A DNA stretch of 60,158 nt, counting the filler, from Catajapyx aquilonaris (lineage: Eukaryota): assembly GCA_000934665.2 (NCBI GenBank). It is 2 parts of 2 records of this genome, joined end to end, with 100 filler letters (N's around TTAATTAATTAA, not from the genome) between each part and the next. Parts side by side here need not be neighbours in the genome. Positions count along the whole stretch, not along the records: positions 30,134 to 60,158 come from JYFJ02004699.1; 1 more part is not named here. One strand, 5' to 3'. The position numbers were made by a program, and so were the translations under genes. Positions within the stretch are counted from its first letter, which is position 1; each line of letters starts with the position of its first letter. Under the pieces are notes generated by a model that did no database searches, was not told the origin of the DNA, and saw nothing but the letters and a program-made list of their open reading frames with translations. Below, in pieces: positions 33,101 to 48,700 of this stretch.

Positions 33101-36100
33101 TATAGGCCTAGGCTTATAATTAACAATGAATGTCAATGTTTGAATCAGCATGAAAGCTCACTGGCTCGAGGGCTTTTTGGCATAAAACTCTTGAAAGGGT
33201 ATCCGGCCAACACACAGTTTTGGTCATCCTCAAATCAGGAGTTACAACGACCCCGCAATTTTTTTTTATTTATTTTGATAACCTCCTCTAGTATTTCTCT
33301 TCTCTCCCAGCTACCCATAAAATCCTTCGGGGGTGGGTGACGTTATTTCAGGCCGAGTTGAAACGCAGCAAGCCGCACGTTTGAACCTGTGTATTTACGG
33401 GGAGATGTGTATAAACAGGGTGACCAGAACGGGGACCGCTGCACATTCCCCGCACTGCATCACCGTTATCGGTTTGCCAAAGCCCCCAGCGTTATGATGT
33501 ATAGGCCGCCGCGATGTAGCCAAGTGGACCATGAGCGTCCTGTCCCGAGTTATGCGGCATTAAACACACGCCATCTCGGCTTCGAGGTGAATCCCAAAGA
33601 GTTTATTGCAAACACCAGCGATGGCCGCTTTCGAAGGGGAAACGACAACGGAAGAGAGAAAAATACGAATAAAATGTACCACGATGTATTTGCTCTTCTA
33701 TATAAGCCATCCTCTCCTTTCCATGCTTATTTACAACCCTGCTGAAGTTTGATGAATGTGTATCAATAACACACACTGACCAAATAAAGACCAGCATATT
33801 TGCAGCTGGATTGTTCAATTACCAAAAGTCCAATTCGCTCGGTTCAGAATCGGTTTGACATACAACATGTATAAATTCCTCAGTTGCTCGAACAACCAAC
33901 TCTGGAAGCAACAATCAAAGCTGCATTCACTTGCAATAATTGTGGCTGCTCTTAAAATGGTTGCAGAGATAAACAATATCAAGCTTACTCCTTAATTATC
34001 TTTATGATCTTAGCACTTGGGCAATGCATTGCACTGTATGAAAATACACACAATGCTATTACAACTGACCAATCTCCGCCTTTTAGTACATTTATTTACA
34101 ATCCTTCATGACTTGACTTATTTACGCCCTACACCCATGGACTATTTTAAAACCTGTATATTTGGAGGCCAGATTTTGCAGTTTTCAAAAGTCCAATTCA
34201 CTCGGTAGGATAATCAGTTTTTCAAATAACATGTTTATTTCAAACTCGCAAAGACACGAACCGGGTGCAATTAAACTTGTATTTGGCGCAGTGCAGGATA
34301 CGATAGCCATCTTGTAATCACCATGACACATGCCGAATAACTGAAAACTTGGCAAAACGAAAGTTTAATTTTGGGATGTCCTTGCATTACATCCTGCAGC
34401 AGTTAGTCAAAACCTTCATTACCAGATAAACCACGAGAAAAGGTAACTATGTCGAAAACAACAGAGCCTCGGACAAACAGGCCAAAGCCTCAACAACATT
34501 ATGGAACATTTCAGATTGGCCTCTGGATGAGTATGGCAGTATCTCTTTCCTTACATTTTTTTAAAAAGTAGTGTAATTGACTAATAGCGTGTGTTTAATG
34601 AAGTTTGATACTGTTTAAAATGATTTCATCCGATACCGTGTGGCCTGAAAAGGAACGAAACAGGCCCCGATTTTCAGGCAAACCGACATGAAACAGCGGC
34701 TCACCACTTTGATTACTTGCATCTTGCTCCCCAATTACCAGATGGCTCCAAAATTTGCACAAAACCCTTCCAAAACCGCTATCAACTAATTGGCATCCAG
34801 AAAAAACCCCTGTCCATTAAAACCCAAACAGTTGCCCGATAATGGGATGTTATATGGACAGTCCCATCCAACCCTCTCTCCACAACACCAAAAAAAAGAC
34901 AGCATTGACAGCCTGACCTGTACGCAACCTGCCGGACAGCCCAGGCCGAAAAGTTGCGTCAGTGTCAGGATAAACACTGCTCAGATTCCTCCCCCTCTAG
35001 GTGTTAAATCGGGCAAAGTGCGCTGTTAATGTCCGACTTGATTTTCCACATGAGCATAAAGAGCCCCTCTCCCGCCCTTCTCTCTCTCTCTTTCCGCGCT
35101 CCAGTTAGCTGGACTCCAATTAGGCCAACAAAGTATCCGTGGCCCAAGGCCCGGCCATCATCAAACCCATCCGGGCCACTTGAGCCACATGCCTTGATTA
35201 ATGATGTAAGCTGGGTATCACAAGTCTCCTCTTGAAGCGGTAAATAGGCTGCCAGAGGACACGGGAGGGTGCTCAATACCAATATTGTAACAAGCCACCT
35301 CTTCTTGCGCACAAACAGACCGAACCTGGACACAATCACCATCTAGTCAGACTGCGGTTTTTCGGAGGCAGGTCCTTTCTAGGGGGAGGTGACTCAGCCG
35401 CACCTCATTACGAAACCTCTGACTTCAACGTGATGCAATCTGAAAGCCAATTTAATTTGGGAGACTCCGCCAGCCCCAGCTATTGGATAGCCTGCCTCTT
35501 GGATATTGCTACACCAATAACTTCTCCAGGACAAGCATGCTGCGAGGCTTTATGGAGCTCGAATTTACTGTGTTGGTACGCTGCTGACTTTTGTCGACCT
35601 TCTTGGCCAGTGTTGATGGGGTAAGAGGATATGTCCACTTGACTTCATATAAGAAAAGGCTGATTCATTCCAGCACTTCAGCTCATTTCTCCTCCTAATA
35701 TGGCCAGATAACCTCGGATAAATGAGCTGGCACTTCTAAACGGAGGAATGTCCTTCCAGCACCAAATTATAACTCAATATGCCACAAATCAGATCAGTAG
35801 TGTTTGGCTCAACAAAAATGCGCAGAACTGTCCTTTTCCAAGATGTTTGCTCAACGCGAGCGGAATCTGCAGCATGCAGCAGAGTCCCGGTAAACTCTGT
35901 ATTGGAAAATGTGCAAACCGTGTCGACCATTACCTTTCCCGCCCGTAGGGATGTATGTCATTCCTGGAAACGCGTTTGTCATTTCCCAACCCAATAAGTC
36001 AGTTAGCTATACAGTGTGCTTCTGGACAGAGAAATATTTTTTACTCTCCGTACTGGTATACACAGACAGCAGACGAAAAAATAATAATAATTTCGCTGAT

Positions 36101-37883
36101 GTTCCGGGCTGTCAGGCATCCTGCACAGGCTTTCAACCTTCCTACTGGTGTCGTATATTATCCTCTATTGTGATTGGGATCGCATCTTGGAGGTAGATTA
36201 GACATCAGACGGTATTAGTGCGTCTACTGAATTCAGTCAACTGAGTAGAACGGCGTCTAAAAGGCTCCGTCAAAACAACTTCCATTACCACGACGTGTTA
36301 AGAAATTACTGCACTTAAATTGCAGTTATGCAAATAAGCATGGAGAATGTTAAACGTGTGCAGCTGCTAGCTCACACATATCCATAATGTTATAAGTAGC
36401 GTAACTGAAATGTTAGCAGCATACACAAAGGAAACGAGCGTCTCTCTCCGTCAAGGCGGAAAACCATGCACACTGCTGCTGGGAGTCATGCGGGAATTCA
36501 TAAGGAACCTTGAAGTATACAGTATAAACAGTTACACCTGACATGTTGTCATATGCCTGCAAAAATAGCTGAAAATGTTTTAGTTGATAAGAGTTAGTTG
36601 CAGCATGCAGATTTTGTGACCTTTGGCCAAGATGCTGAATGCATCTCCCTCAAATCCTTATCGAGACAGTCAAGCTATCAAGCTGCAGGAAACATGGAAA
36701 ATTTGGGATGAAAATATTCCCGCCCCAAAACGAGGTTGACGTACAGCACTAGCTCCATAAACGTATCTGATTGAATCATACGATGCTGGGGTGAAAAGAC
36801 ATGAAAGTACCGCACGGGTGCATTTGAAGCTAAAACACGAGTTTTACTCATCAAAATGTCCACTGGGTAACGAGGCTCTCTGATGGCACGTTCTGATTGG
36901 CCAAAAAACTAGGAACAAAGGCTTCAGGTGACTGCAGGACGTGAATCTCTCTCTCTCTGTACATTTCAAAATTTACGCTATTTCATTTTTATACTAATTT
37001 ACGTTGATGGACTGCATTTCATAATACTCTTCCACGCATTAATGTAATGGCTTATTTGAGAAGTGCCAATGCGGCTGGTTCAATATTCACTAACTACAAC
37101 TATACTAATGGTATATTAGAGCATGAGAACCGCACTGGTCCTCGTCATACTTTTAATGCATAATTACCTCCCAAAAAAAACCCCACTCGGAAAAAATCTC
37201 TGGTGCTTTCATACGATTAGGCTTCCATGTATGTGACCTTTGCTCTGATTTTTTGTTTAAATTTACATATAACCAAATAGCAGCGTCACCCTGTGATTAG
37301 TGTCATTTCACAGGTGGCCCAGAAAACATTGCGCCGCATTTGGTGAAATGGGGAACGAATTAAAACGGTATTTCGGAACCCTGAAATGCCCTTGGAGAAA
37401 TAAATCCTCTCATGGACTCGCATCGCATTCTACCTGTTTCAGCACTCTTTCATCCCTCACCATATACCCGGGATTTTATTCCTGCTGTTCTGAAAATGAG
37501 TTGCGCACCAATCACCTAAATTGATACATTACACAAATTAGTTCCCTTTTTTTTTATTCCCCGGGAAAACGCAATTCCTTTCTACGCAGAAATTATCAAG
37601 GAAAACTCTTGCAGGCAAGGGAATTCGAATATAAAAAAAACGCATTTGATTATCCTATCCATTAAAATCAGGCCCTGTAATGAGTTGCAGCAATCAGCAC
37701 CGCTTTTCTCATATTAGCTTTAGCTTTGAAACTGCAACTCGCCGATGCAAAATTTACGTAGCACGCTTCACAATACGCAAACCAATTCCACTGCATATAT
37801 GCAGCACTCTATACGTTTTTCATCAGGTCAACTCATATTCATCATATAGCACACAAGAGAGCAAAAATGGAACAACAAGAGTC

Positions 37884-37884
<1 letters not shown>

Positions 37885-37947
<63 letters not shown>
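37885..37947. repeat. (ATT)n microsatellite
   Basis: Pure trinucleotide run. Confidence 0.95.
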
Positions 37948-39695
37948 GGACCTAATGTAATGATAGGCCTAATAATGCGAAATATAGCGGCACAATAACT
38001 CACTTGAACAAGCGTTGACGTGGTGACGCGCATAATGAAAATAATTCACGCCAAATTTAACTGCTTCATTTTGGGTCCCGGTTATAATTCACTGAAATAT
38101 GACAAAGTACTGTGTTGAAGTAAAGCAATTATTTCGCCGGGTGACATGAAAAGGCTGACAGTTCTTGACCTCTTCGCACTAAAAACAACTGGTATACAAC
38201 CAGACATGGGAATAATGGCCAGTGCACATAACACACCTTGTTATGCAGAGGCGCACAATGCAAAAAATAAAAATAAAAAATCTGTTAATTATATTAATAG
38301 CTCTTTAACAGATATGTGGACGCACGTATGGCTTCAGGCAGTTGAGACACACTTAAACGGGTTTGTATCCGCTCCTAGTATTATGCAAGTGTGCTAAACA
38401 GGTATACAATCGCACTGGATGTCTTGATGGGTTAAGCCTTCGCTCATTTTTATAGATTTTAATTAGGTTATGGTGCCTATTCTGGGGTTCTAGTACCATG
38501 TCTGAAACACCCCGGTGGAAAGAAATGCACGAGGAGACACGTTCCCTTTGCCGTCAAGTGTTGTCGTAAGCACGTAAGAAACCTTGCCCTATGGCGTTAT
38601 GTCCTTAATATGCAGTGTCAGCAGAATGATGTTGCCTATCACAACATTCTCTAGTAGCTGCACTCTAATTAAAGCGTTACACCTTTACTGCACCTCTACA
38701 AGTGTACTGCGCAGTTCACAGACAGCCGCCAGGGAGATAATTTTGCTGGTATGAAATGCTGACGTAATTTACGCTGGCAGCAAGACGGAGACAGAAAAAA
38801 AATGAAATGACAGACATTTTAAATAATATTGCGTCCACGTTTCCATATACTTCTGGGGGGAAATGAACCGGCATGATATTCTGAACTAAGGTTCATTTGG
38901 TGTGGTTTTAAAAAGGCAATACTGTAATATGCATAAATGTAACGGTATGGCGGTACAGTATTAGGCTTTCATGATTTTGACAAAGGCAGAACCTTTAAAA
39001 AAATCTCCTTTGATATGTTCAAGTACAGTGACTGCGTCAAAATGAGGGGTTTACTGGTAAAGTGCGCGCAACAGATATTGCGTGGGAAGCTTAATACGCT
39101 CTAAATCCGAGGCGTCTGAAAAACAAAGCAAGCCGCACAAAAAAAAAAATAGCACAGCATCACCATGAAGGTAATATAATGTGTAACTATCCACACATTG
39201 TGGTTTTTAGTGCAGTGAAGCCATAACGACTTTCCACATGAAAAGGATACTCCTTCGGGACATCAATATGCGTACAGTTTCGAATCCGAATAGCCCAAAA
39301 CCCACAGGAATCTTGCCCCGAACACACACACAAAAATTCATTAAACACTGCAATCACATAATCCTCCAACTGTAACACAGTCATTACTCGCAAAATGCTT
39401 GCTTTAACCTCTTTTTTTTGGACATATCCATCCAAACTACTATGGCAATCCTTCACAAAGGTGCCATCAATATACAGACCCGGCAAAAATTTCCATTTCG
39501 CCCTGCTAAGCATCGTTCATTTCTTGAGTTTCGCCTGAAGACCCTCCTTGCTCAAATTAGAAAATAAATTAAGCTAGGGCAAGGGAGGGTCCTATGGGAG
39601 CCTCCACCACAAAGTTTTGAATTCCGCTAATTTCTCCATTACCACTTGGGCTCAAATCGATTACTATAACAAAGTGGAGAAATTTTTTTTATTAC

Positions 39696-39697
<2 letters not shown>

Positions 39698-39748
<51 letters not shown>
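39698..39748. repeat. (AG)n microsatellite
   Basis: Pure dinucleotide run. Confidence 0.95.
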
Positions 39749-39752
<4 letters not shown>

Positions 39753-42700
39753 CAGGCTGTTTTACTGCACCAAAAAATGTAGGGTAGCCATATAAGCCTC
39801 TACCTAACTCCTTTTTTGTATAGGCAGCTCCATCACCGCAGGATTCGGTCAACTCTGTTAGTCAGATGAAAGAGCCGGAGTCCTCAAAATGAACAAGCCT
39901 CTTCTCTTTTTGTGTGTGTGTGTAACTCTCCCATCAAAGGATTATCCAACGATTACCCATCAACTAATTCCATCACAGACACAATTTTCCTCCGCAGCAC
40001 AAAACTATGTCGTCAAATGCACATCAGCCCCTCCCCTGATTTTTTTTAAAGCCTTCCCTGTAGGTGGCCCCCCCATGTATTGATGAAAGCAGTAGTAGAC
40101 ACAAGCTCCCAGAGAGCATTGGAAGCCGATATACGATAATTATTTCGTCGCCTGTATTCCTTCCCAGTCCCCGCGCCAAAATTAATTTCCTGTCCCAACC
40201 CTGATTTGGCATAATCAGGCGGCGGCGGGGGAATTTTCTGAACCAGGGGGGCTTTAGGCCCTCCTTCGAATTAATGGGGCTGCAGCCATTAACTGCGCTC
40301 TCTTTTTTTTCTTCAAAAAAAAATATATATATACTATACAGCATCCCCCACCCAACCCTGAAGCAAGGATGAGGTCATACGCTGCAAATTGCATCGACAA
40401 AAAAAATTGGTTTGCACACCAAAATTATCCTATAACTCGGTAGTAGGTTTTAAAGGTCACGTGATTGCCGCATCTGTTTCAACCTTAGCGGAGGTCAAAT
40501 TCGGTAAAAATTTTCGCCATATTTTTGGCCCATAAATATGCTCCAAGATGAAGTTTGCCTACTTTCTACTATCAGCGAACCTTTACCTTAGATTAGGATA
40601 GAGCAACATTTTGTCACTCTCCAGTTTCGTGGTATATAGGTGCACTAAATCGTTTCCAAACATTTCGCTGCCAACTTTGCTAACAAAAAAAACCATATTG
40701 AATCCCCCCCCTCACCAATGAGATGGTGAAGTGGAGCGTTTGAAAAGCCATTTCCGCAAATTGATGCTCGTGTTCGAGCCGAGGGTAATCGCCTACATTC
40801 TTCAACCGCGAGCAAAAGAAACGTGGAAGTGACTAACGAAGATGGCCCATCGCGCCTCTGCTGGTGTAGCCTTGCCATCCAATCACACACTGACCATCCT
40901 TCAGAAATGAACTCGGTTTATCCTACTTTTTCGGACGGTTAACTGCACTTAGCCATATCAAACCGACAACCGATCGTTAAAATTTTAGAGACAAAAAAAA
41001 ACAGAAAGGTTTATCCTGACTGTGAAGAGCAACCCGTACGCCTCGATTGTGCACGGGGAAGACTAACTTCCAGGATGTAACTCGGACCGATTTTGGCAGG
41101 CTCTGGAATAATTTTCGCATTCCAGCATGTCTCTGTGTCCATGGAGTAATGGATTCGGTTAGGCGTAATATACCAGCAGGAACGGGCATTGCAACTAATA
41201 TTCAATTTCACCACACCAACTCTTCTCATCAGCGGAATATATCCTCCAATCACCGGCGCGTCCAATATCTCAACCTAATTTTCCATACATGAGAATGTAA
41301 GTCCTGCAGTAATAGATTTGCGTTCCCAGTTGGGATTTGGGTGATTTTGTCCCCAAATCCCATTTGACAACTACGGCATAATGTGAGTTAGGAAGCAACG
41401 TCATGGAAGCGCCAGCCCAATTTTCATTACATATTTCCATTAATGCTGCGATAAGTAAGGCGGCAAAGCCCTGTGCTTTTCCACCCTGCTAATTACATGA
41501 TTATTCCACAGCTGTAGTTAGTGGCATGAGGGGAGGTTTTGAGTTGGATATAGTGGTGAGGGGGGGTAGAGTTTTGATCGATTGATTTTATCCCCCGATC
41601 ACAAAATAAAAGCGGACCAGATGTAGAGCACACCGTGATAAATAATCGAACACCCCTTGAGAACGATCCCATTTCATGCTGTATCAATTACCGCACAATG
41701 CAAAGCACTTCTGTTTCAGTTGACGCCCAAGGGCTCAAACTGTGCATCAACCTATTTGTACTGTAATGCGTGCAAAATGTTATGTGCAAAGCGTATTGAC
41801 CACGGCTATATGCCTCCCAGTGCTATACGGACTGACCAATGAGAGACGTTTTAGAATATATTCCATCGAGGCAAACACCAAGCAAACAGTGCTTGGGTCC
41901 CCCCCAACACAGCACACAACCCAGCAGTCCAGTCGGGCGCGGGCTTGTCATATTACAATAATAGTCCGCCATTGGTGGCTGCCCAACTAATTGCGTCTAT
42001 TTCGCAACTAATCACTTCCACTATAATCACGTGGGGAGGGGGGGCTGAACACGTACTTTGCGCTGCAAATTGGCTAACTGGCCGATATTAAATAAACACA
42101 GTTATTGGGGGGGGGGGGGAGCGCNGGGGGAGCGCAAGAATGCAACGTGCAAGCCGACACCTGCATTTTCGACGTGTAGCCTACTCAATTATACAGGACC
42201 TATGGGGGCCTGGGACCCAAACATGCAGTGCATCCCAGGTGAATTGGTATAGCAAAACACATCGGATCCAACGCCATCTTCAACATGGCTCCATACATCG
42301 GCCAACATATTATGTCCATGATGCATTGGTCGGATAGAAAAGAACTTGAATATTTCAGGGGGCGTGCAACAGTATGTAGCTCTCGTGTTCGGGACCGATT
42401 GGTAAGCAGGAAGAATTTCCGGCAGCTCAAACAGCCATTTCCGATTGGGTGTCATGAGGCATGGGAGTTTTCACCCCTTTTATGCACCTCCTGGAATCAG
42501 CGGGTGTCGCGTTTGGAACAAGGTGAGTAATTGCTGCGTGTGCAACATGTCACATGAAAACGCCATTTTAGTGTTGGATGTCTTGCAGGGGAACCTGCAG
42601 CACTCTCTCCCGGTTTTTACACACCCAAACGGTCCCCATATACACATACATTATTTTTTCCCCCGGATGTGTTGAGCGCATTTCATCACGCACCGAAATG

Positions 42701-45700
42701 CCGTCAATACGTCACGCTAAGCAGATAAAATTTCACCGAAATTAAGGTCCGATTAGCCCCCAAAAACCGGGCATTCATGACAGTTTACGCCTACTGGCTA
42801 ATTGAATATGGGGACACAAACAACAACGGGGGACAGTCTGTTGTATCGAGCAATAATTGCGGTTTGTGGAAAATAAACATTGTCCCGACCTTTGTCATCG
42901 TGCCCGGGACCCATTGTTCCACCTGTCAGTGCGAAATTCTCCTTGCTCGTCCAACATGGTGCGAAATTTCAGCAGGATCATTTGCAATCCGGCGCAATCA
43001 GGATGGGCGGCCTGGTGCACTGGCGCATTTGACCACTGCCCGTGCGTGCAAAGGTTATCTAAAGCTGTGCCTTCAAAAGAGAGCCGACTGTCAGGGGCTT
43101 TTTTTCCGCTGATTCCACAATGACAGTCGTCGACATTTTGTCCGGACAATAGTTATTCAAACGGATCATTCCAATCTGTTAAGGCTGAACCTGTCTTTTT
43201 TAACACTAATTTTCTCGTGACCCGCAGCCTGATACATAAGGCCTAATAACTCTATCCGATTACGGAAAAACATCGATTAATTTTTTTAAATGATGATCTC
43301 AAATGGGGGCGTTTAACCTTTGGAATTACCATCACTTAACTGCAGAATAATTCCCAGTTCGACGTTCCCCGTAAGAGTGGTCATTTACGTGACTTGCATG
43401 CCGCAATAAAATGCTATGCATTTTGCAAACAAAGTAGCACGATTATTTAACGGAGGATGTACCCTAAGGATAATTCGGCTACTCTGCGCAAATTCTCTAT
43501 AAAAATTACGACTTGGGTGTAATGAAATATGAACAAAATGATTTGCCTGGCCAATAACGCGTCACAGAGAGTGGACAGCACTGCTTATCCATTTTATGAA
43601 ACAAAAAAAATAGCAATAGGAATGAAAGTAATAAATAAAGAACATATATTTATCGCAAAAGTCAGAGCGCTTCCTGTTTGCAGTGTGTGGGAATGAACTG
43701 TTATTTATTTGACATCTTATGATGGGACTGGTTTTACTTCTTACTTACCCGTCTCTACCTGCAGTAAATTCCAATACAAACCACCCTCACATCCTGCTTA
43801 AATATTGCTAAATCTTATTCAGTCATCTTACATCGGTATAAGTAGGTTCCCACTCGAATCAGGGCCTAATTTTCAGTATGCATGCATCAGCAAAGCACAT
43901 ATTAGATTTACGATTGAAAATTTGGGAATTAATAGATTTAGCGCCGACGTACAAATTTCTGGCCCAACCCCCTGCGCCTAAATTCGTGCTTCCGCCTATA
44001 TACGTAACATAAAATGCGTTATATGAACATGACAGGAAAGCCAGGCTTCCCCCGGTTCGAAAATAGGGGAGAAAAAGGCAACAAGGGTAGTGCTTATTAC
44101 ATGAACAGGGATCTGACTCATAACTAAATTAGTGGTACGTCACGCAAAAAAAAAAACTCGGCGCTGTCAGCAAAGACTATAGCCGGACATTATGATATCA
44201 AAAGAGAGGTAATAACCGCCTTGGATCTGAAAACGATGCATAAAACCATGATGAAAGGAAGGCAAAGTCTTTTAACTATACAAAAAAAATGAGAGTGGAG
44301 GGGGGGAAAAAAAAGTGCCTCTCGGTTGACCTCCAGTATACGAAATAATTGAATTTCCAGCTACTGCGGCGAAGAGCATGGAAACGCCGCACTTATTCCA
44401 GCAAGCCATAAACGTCGGCCTAATTCTTTATAAGCCCCTCTCCTACAACGCAGCGGTGCGATGCGATTCTCTGATTCAAGCTAGTGGGATAAGCTCCACC
44501 AAACTCTGGACAACACACCGCTTCCATCTTGTTCCTCCGGCAGAGAAAAAAGAGAGGGGGGTATACAATGAGGCAATCAATCGACCTGTTACATCCAGTC
44601 ACATTTCTCTTTTTTTGGCAACCACCTCCCCAGCTTCTCTTCAGCCAATCGACAACCCCTCCAACACACAAACCCAGCAGCAACCGTCGTCGCAAACTCC
44701 GAAACCCAATTTCCCCTCGGAGGCTGCCAGGTAATTTCCCTGCCTCTTTGAATATTACTTATCGTTGTTGTGATTGGCGACAGAAATGCCCCACGACCCC
44801 GATTGACCCCCCAGCAACCCAAACTTGTGGCAAGAACTTGACTAGAGGATGGCAAGTTTATAAATATAAGGACTCTGGAAGTCGTCAAAAAAAATGGACT
44901 GGAAACTTGATAGTTAAAATGTTTTGCCGCCAAAGATGGCGACGCAAGGAAAGTGATGACATCACACTGAATTCCGGTATTCCTCGAGGTCTTCGCAATA
45001 CACATATTAAGCTTGAATTATTTTGGGAAAATATGCAGGGTCGTATGGTGATTTTCTGAGAGCAGGAGACGCCCGAGAAAATCCACACAAACATGCAGAG
45101 AACCCAACATCGTTGTGTTCCGCATCTTCGGACGTGTCTCTGATTGGTGAACGCAGCTTACGACTGGGACATTAAAAAGTCGGAGATAAATCCCCCTAGC
45201 GTGATAACCCAGCTCCTGCACAGAGGTCAATTATGACCTCATGAATATCCGGCACGGTTCGTGACACCCCGAATCCCTCTACCGTATTTCATGCCCATCA
45301 ATTTGTCACCGGAATTTTACAGTTGGACACAAAACCGTGAGCGGATTATCATCACTTTACGTTAATAAACCTCCCCCTATTAAAAAAGAGGGTTTGGGGG
45401 GTGGGGAGCAACTGTTTGCTGATATTTATGAGTGCGGACACATTTCGTTTGCGTGTGAAATCGACATGATCGTTTGTGGTTTCATAATCAATATCATCAC
45501 TAGGAAAATTCGAGGTCCCGGTCGCTCACAAAACCCCAGCAACCAGAGTTAAACACGAGTTGCGACTAATGCGAATTGCCATCAGATTCCCCGGGTCCTT
45601 TCCCAATCTGGTTATGAAGGTGGTCCCTTAACTGTATTAAACTCTCTCTCTCAGTCCACCACTCAGGAAGAAAGTACACAAAGAAGCCCCTCCGAATCCC

Positions 45701-48700
45701 ATCCCTTGGCCCGTTTAATTACGTAGCCCTCCCAGCCTCTCCTTCCCACCCACCTCACCTCCCCTCTTCTTGAGCCAAATTACTCAGGTGAACAGCAGAT
45801 TACAGATAAGACCCATCATGTCTCTGCTAATTACTTGTGATTAAAATACGCCCCGGACTAACGCAGCCTAATAGGACGGTGCTTTATAGAATCCGCTCCA
45901 ACGAGACTTGCAGTAATTGATACCTAATCTTACTGACGGGTTTTATTTCTTGCAATTATCCGCCCAGGCAGAAAACACCACCTGAACTCGGTAGCGTAAG
46001 AAGCAACGCACCATGGAGATAAGTCTCACAAGTAATCATAACTTGTATGCTGCACACGTGAGGTATGTACTATAACATGCAAAAAGATTGTCACACTGTA
46101 TTCGTGTGGTGTCCGCGACTTTTTTGTTTACCATCCTTCCGCAAGGGTCGTTGCCGGATACAGTGCGACAATCTTTTTGTGTGTTATAGTACAGTGCTGG
46201 AAATTAATGGTGTCGTACTGGCGGCAAAAGAGAGAATCGAAATGATAGCTACTGATTCCGCAGTCGGCTATAGTGGCGCCACCAGCACCATTAATTGCTT
46301 CATTCACAGGGTGAGTCAGAAACTTTGGGTCAATGTCACTTCTAAGAAGCGGATTCTCCTAGTGCACAAGACGCGTCTGACGTGGGAGCAGTGCCGCAAT
46401 TAAAACGGCGTTAAGGATCCAGGGTCTGGGATGCGGCAGAGAAAGCGATGCAGTAACTCTGTTGTGCCATGTCAGGAAAATCCAGTGGGAAGCCATGGGG
46501 TCCCGTCTCCTGCATCCCAGTTGACGCAAAGTGCAGTTTCTTTCTATTCGGAGGAGGAAAAACCGGTGGTGGGAGGAGGAGGAGGAGGGAATCCAGTGAC
46601 TGCCGCTGGGAGGGAGGGATAATGGAGCAGAATGGGAATATCATGTAAATGTTAGGCAGAGACGTGGCGTGGAGGTAATGCCTGGATGGGGCTCTGGCTA
46701 TACACTGATGCTGCTTCCCAAAGTCGCGGGACCAACATTTCCTTAGGACCTCTTGATCATATTGCGCTGTGGGACCAAGCGGTCTGGGAGGGGCTCCAGG
46801 TGGGAGACTTGGAAACAACAACAATGCAGGTGGGGCCAGCCTCGTTAACCACTGCCAGTAAGAATGCCATCTGTTCACACGGGCCACCACTTACCAGCTG
46901 CTCTGAACTTACTCCCATATCAACCGAGGTAAAGAGATACTCCGGAGTAAATTATTCACCCATAAGTAGGCGGGATTTTGCTCCAGCGTGACATGGGGAG
47001 TTCAAAATATCTGTTTCCACCTGCACAAATATTGGTCAGGTTCAATTTTGGTACCAAAAGCGCTTTTGGACCGAGAGCCGCTCCAACAGGGCATTTTTTA
47101 AAAGCCGCTTTTCAGGATTGACAGACAACTGTCAATGCATACTTCACAATTTAGCAAGGAAAATGCTGAAATAATACCAGGGGCGTGCTTCTATCATCAT
47201 ATCACAATTAATCGTAATTAACTTCAGATTATCAGTTCACCTGTCATTGTGGGAAATGCGAGAAAAGTTCAACAATTTTCGTTTTGGGTCGCTTTTTGAG
47301 ACCCCGTCACTTGGAACGGTCATGCTGACATTTCTGCTAATAAAATGCAATATATCATCAAGAACATCGCGTTTCCAACGGAATAACTTTGGTCTGAATA
47401 TATACTACACGATACATTACTCCACATATGGAAAATGTTCGACTCCCACATCCATTGATACTCTCCAGACGCAGCTTTCCTTATCTGCCAAGGGAACAAT
47501 GGAATACAGCAAAACCCTTTCAATATTAAATTTGCCATTCCTTATGATCCCGGGCCCGCATACAAAACCTTGGAACATTTCCCAGCCCCACTCTATGTAA
47601 TGAATTCTCGGAATTCGCCAGCTACCACCACCCACCCCATCCCCCACTCGACAGTCCCCCCCCCCCTCTCGCTTCTCCATCATACTAAACCTGCACAAAT
47701 GCAAATATTTCATACGTGGAGCGTGCCAGCCGCTCGACTCAAAAGCCACTGCATTGGTGCACTTCATTTTTGATCTCGGTTTACCGGTTTTAAATAAGCT
47801 ACTAGCTGTGATGTTGCCGATCTGCTGCAGCGTCCACAGGGGTCCAAAGGTACCCAAACATTGAAGCTTGACGAAAAAAACTTGTTTCATTTATATATAT
47901 AACACACACATACATGGACGCACACGCATCAGTCGCTCATCATTTTAACACACTCACAGTACGGCTCCAAACAACCCGGATGCGAAAATCTCATCTGAAT
48001 TTAATGCTCTTTTTCAAAACGTAATAATACATCCGGCCTTTTCGAAATTTCGTATTCACGTTCATGTCCTAATGCGTCGAGCTCTCAAAAATAATTTCAT
48101 GCGCGATGCGTCTACAGTGTGCCCCACAGTGCAGCGTGCATTGTACATTGTTATCACAAAAATTAACGTAGTCTTTGTTCATTTTCGCAGTATAAAAACG
48201 AACCGCCTAACTTGTCAACACGCATTAAAATGTGCCAGATAATTCTGTCTGCAGTGCAAAGTAGTCATTAATAATGAAGAGTATGTTGCTTTATAATTCG
48301 CGCTTCTATTGTTTTGCTAGTTATATTTCTCCAAAAGCATATACACACCAGAGTGCAGTTGCCTTGTTCATGTTATTCTCATGCATGAGTTAGTATCATC
48401 ACCATTTTACCTATAGATTGCTAAAACAAAGAATGCTGAAAAAGCTGCTGCCAGATTTTCTGCTGGATACGTTAACGTCTAATTACTGTTGTGAAAAACA
48501 AAATGAACAATCTTGAAGAATGGTGCTGAAAGTTAACCGTTCAGTTCTTACATGTTTATTATACAAAATACAAAATAACCATTTGAAGTTTCTCTTTGGT
48601 AATTCCGAATTCATTCAGAGTGTTTCTGGAACAAGATGATTTTACCTGTGCGAGTTTTTACACGGTAGTAATTTGCATAAATAGCCCGCATGCCAGATAA

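Noticed and set aside
33823..34235. ~50-bp diverged direct repeat (CAAAAGTCCAATTC.CTCGGT) ~365 bp apart
   Set aside because: Short and degenerate, with no LTR termini, PBS or TSD; probably an old local duplication.
35004..35342. ORF with a signal-peptide-like hydrophobic stretch
   Set aside because: No recognisable domain or supporting exon structure; consistent with a chance ORF.
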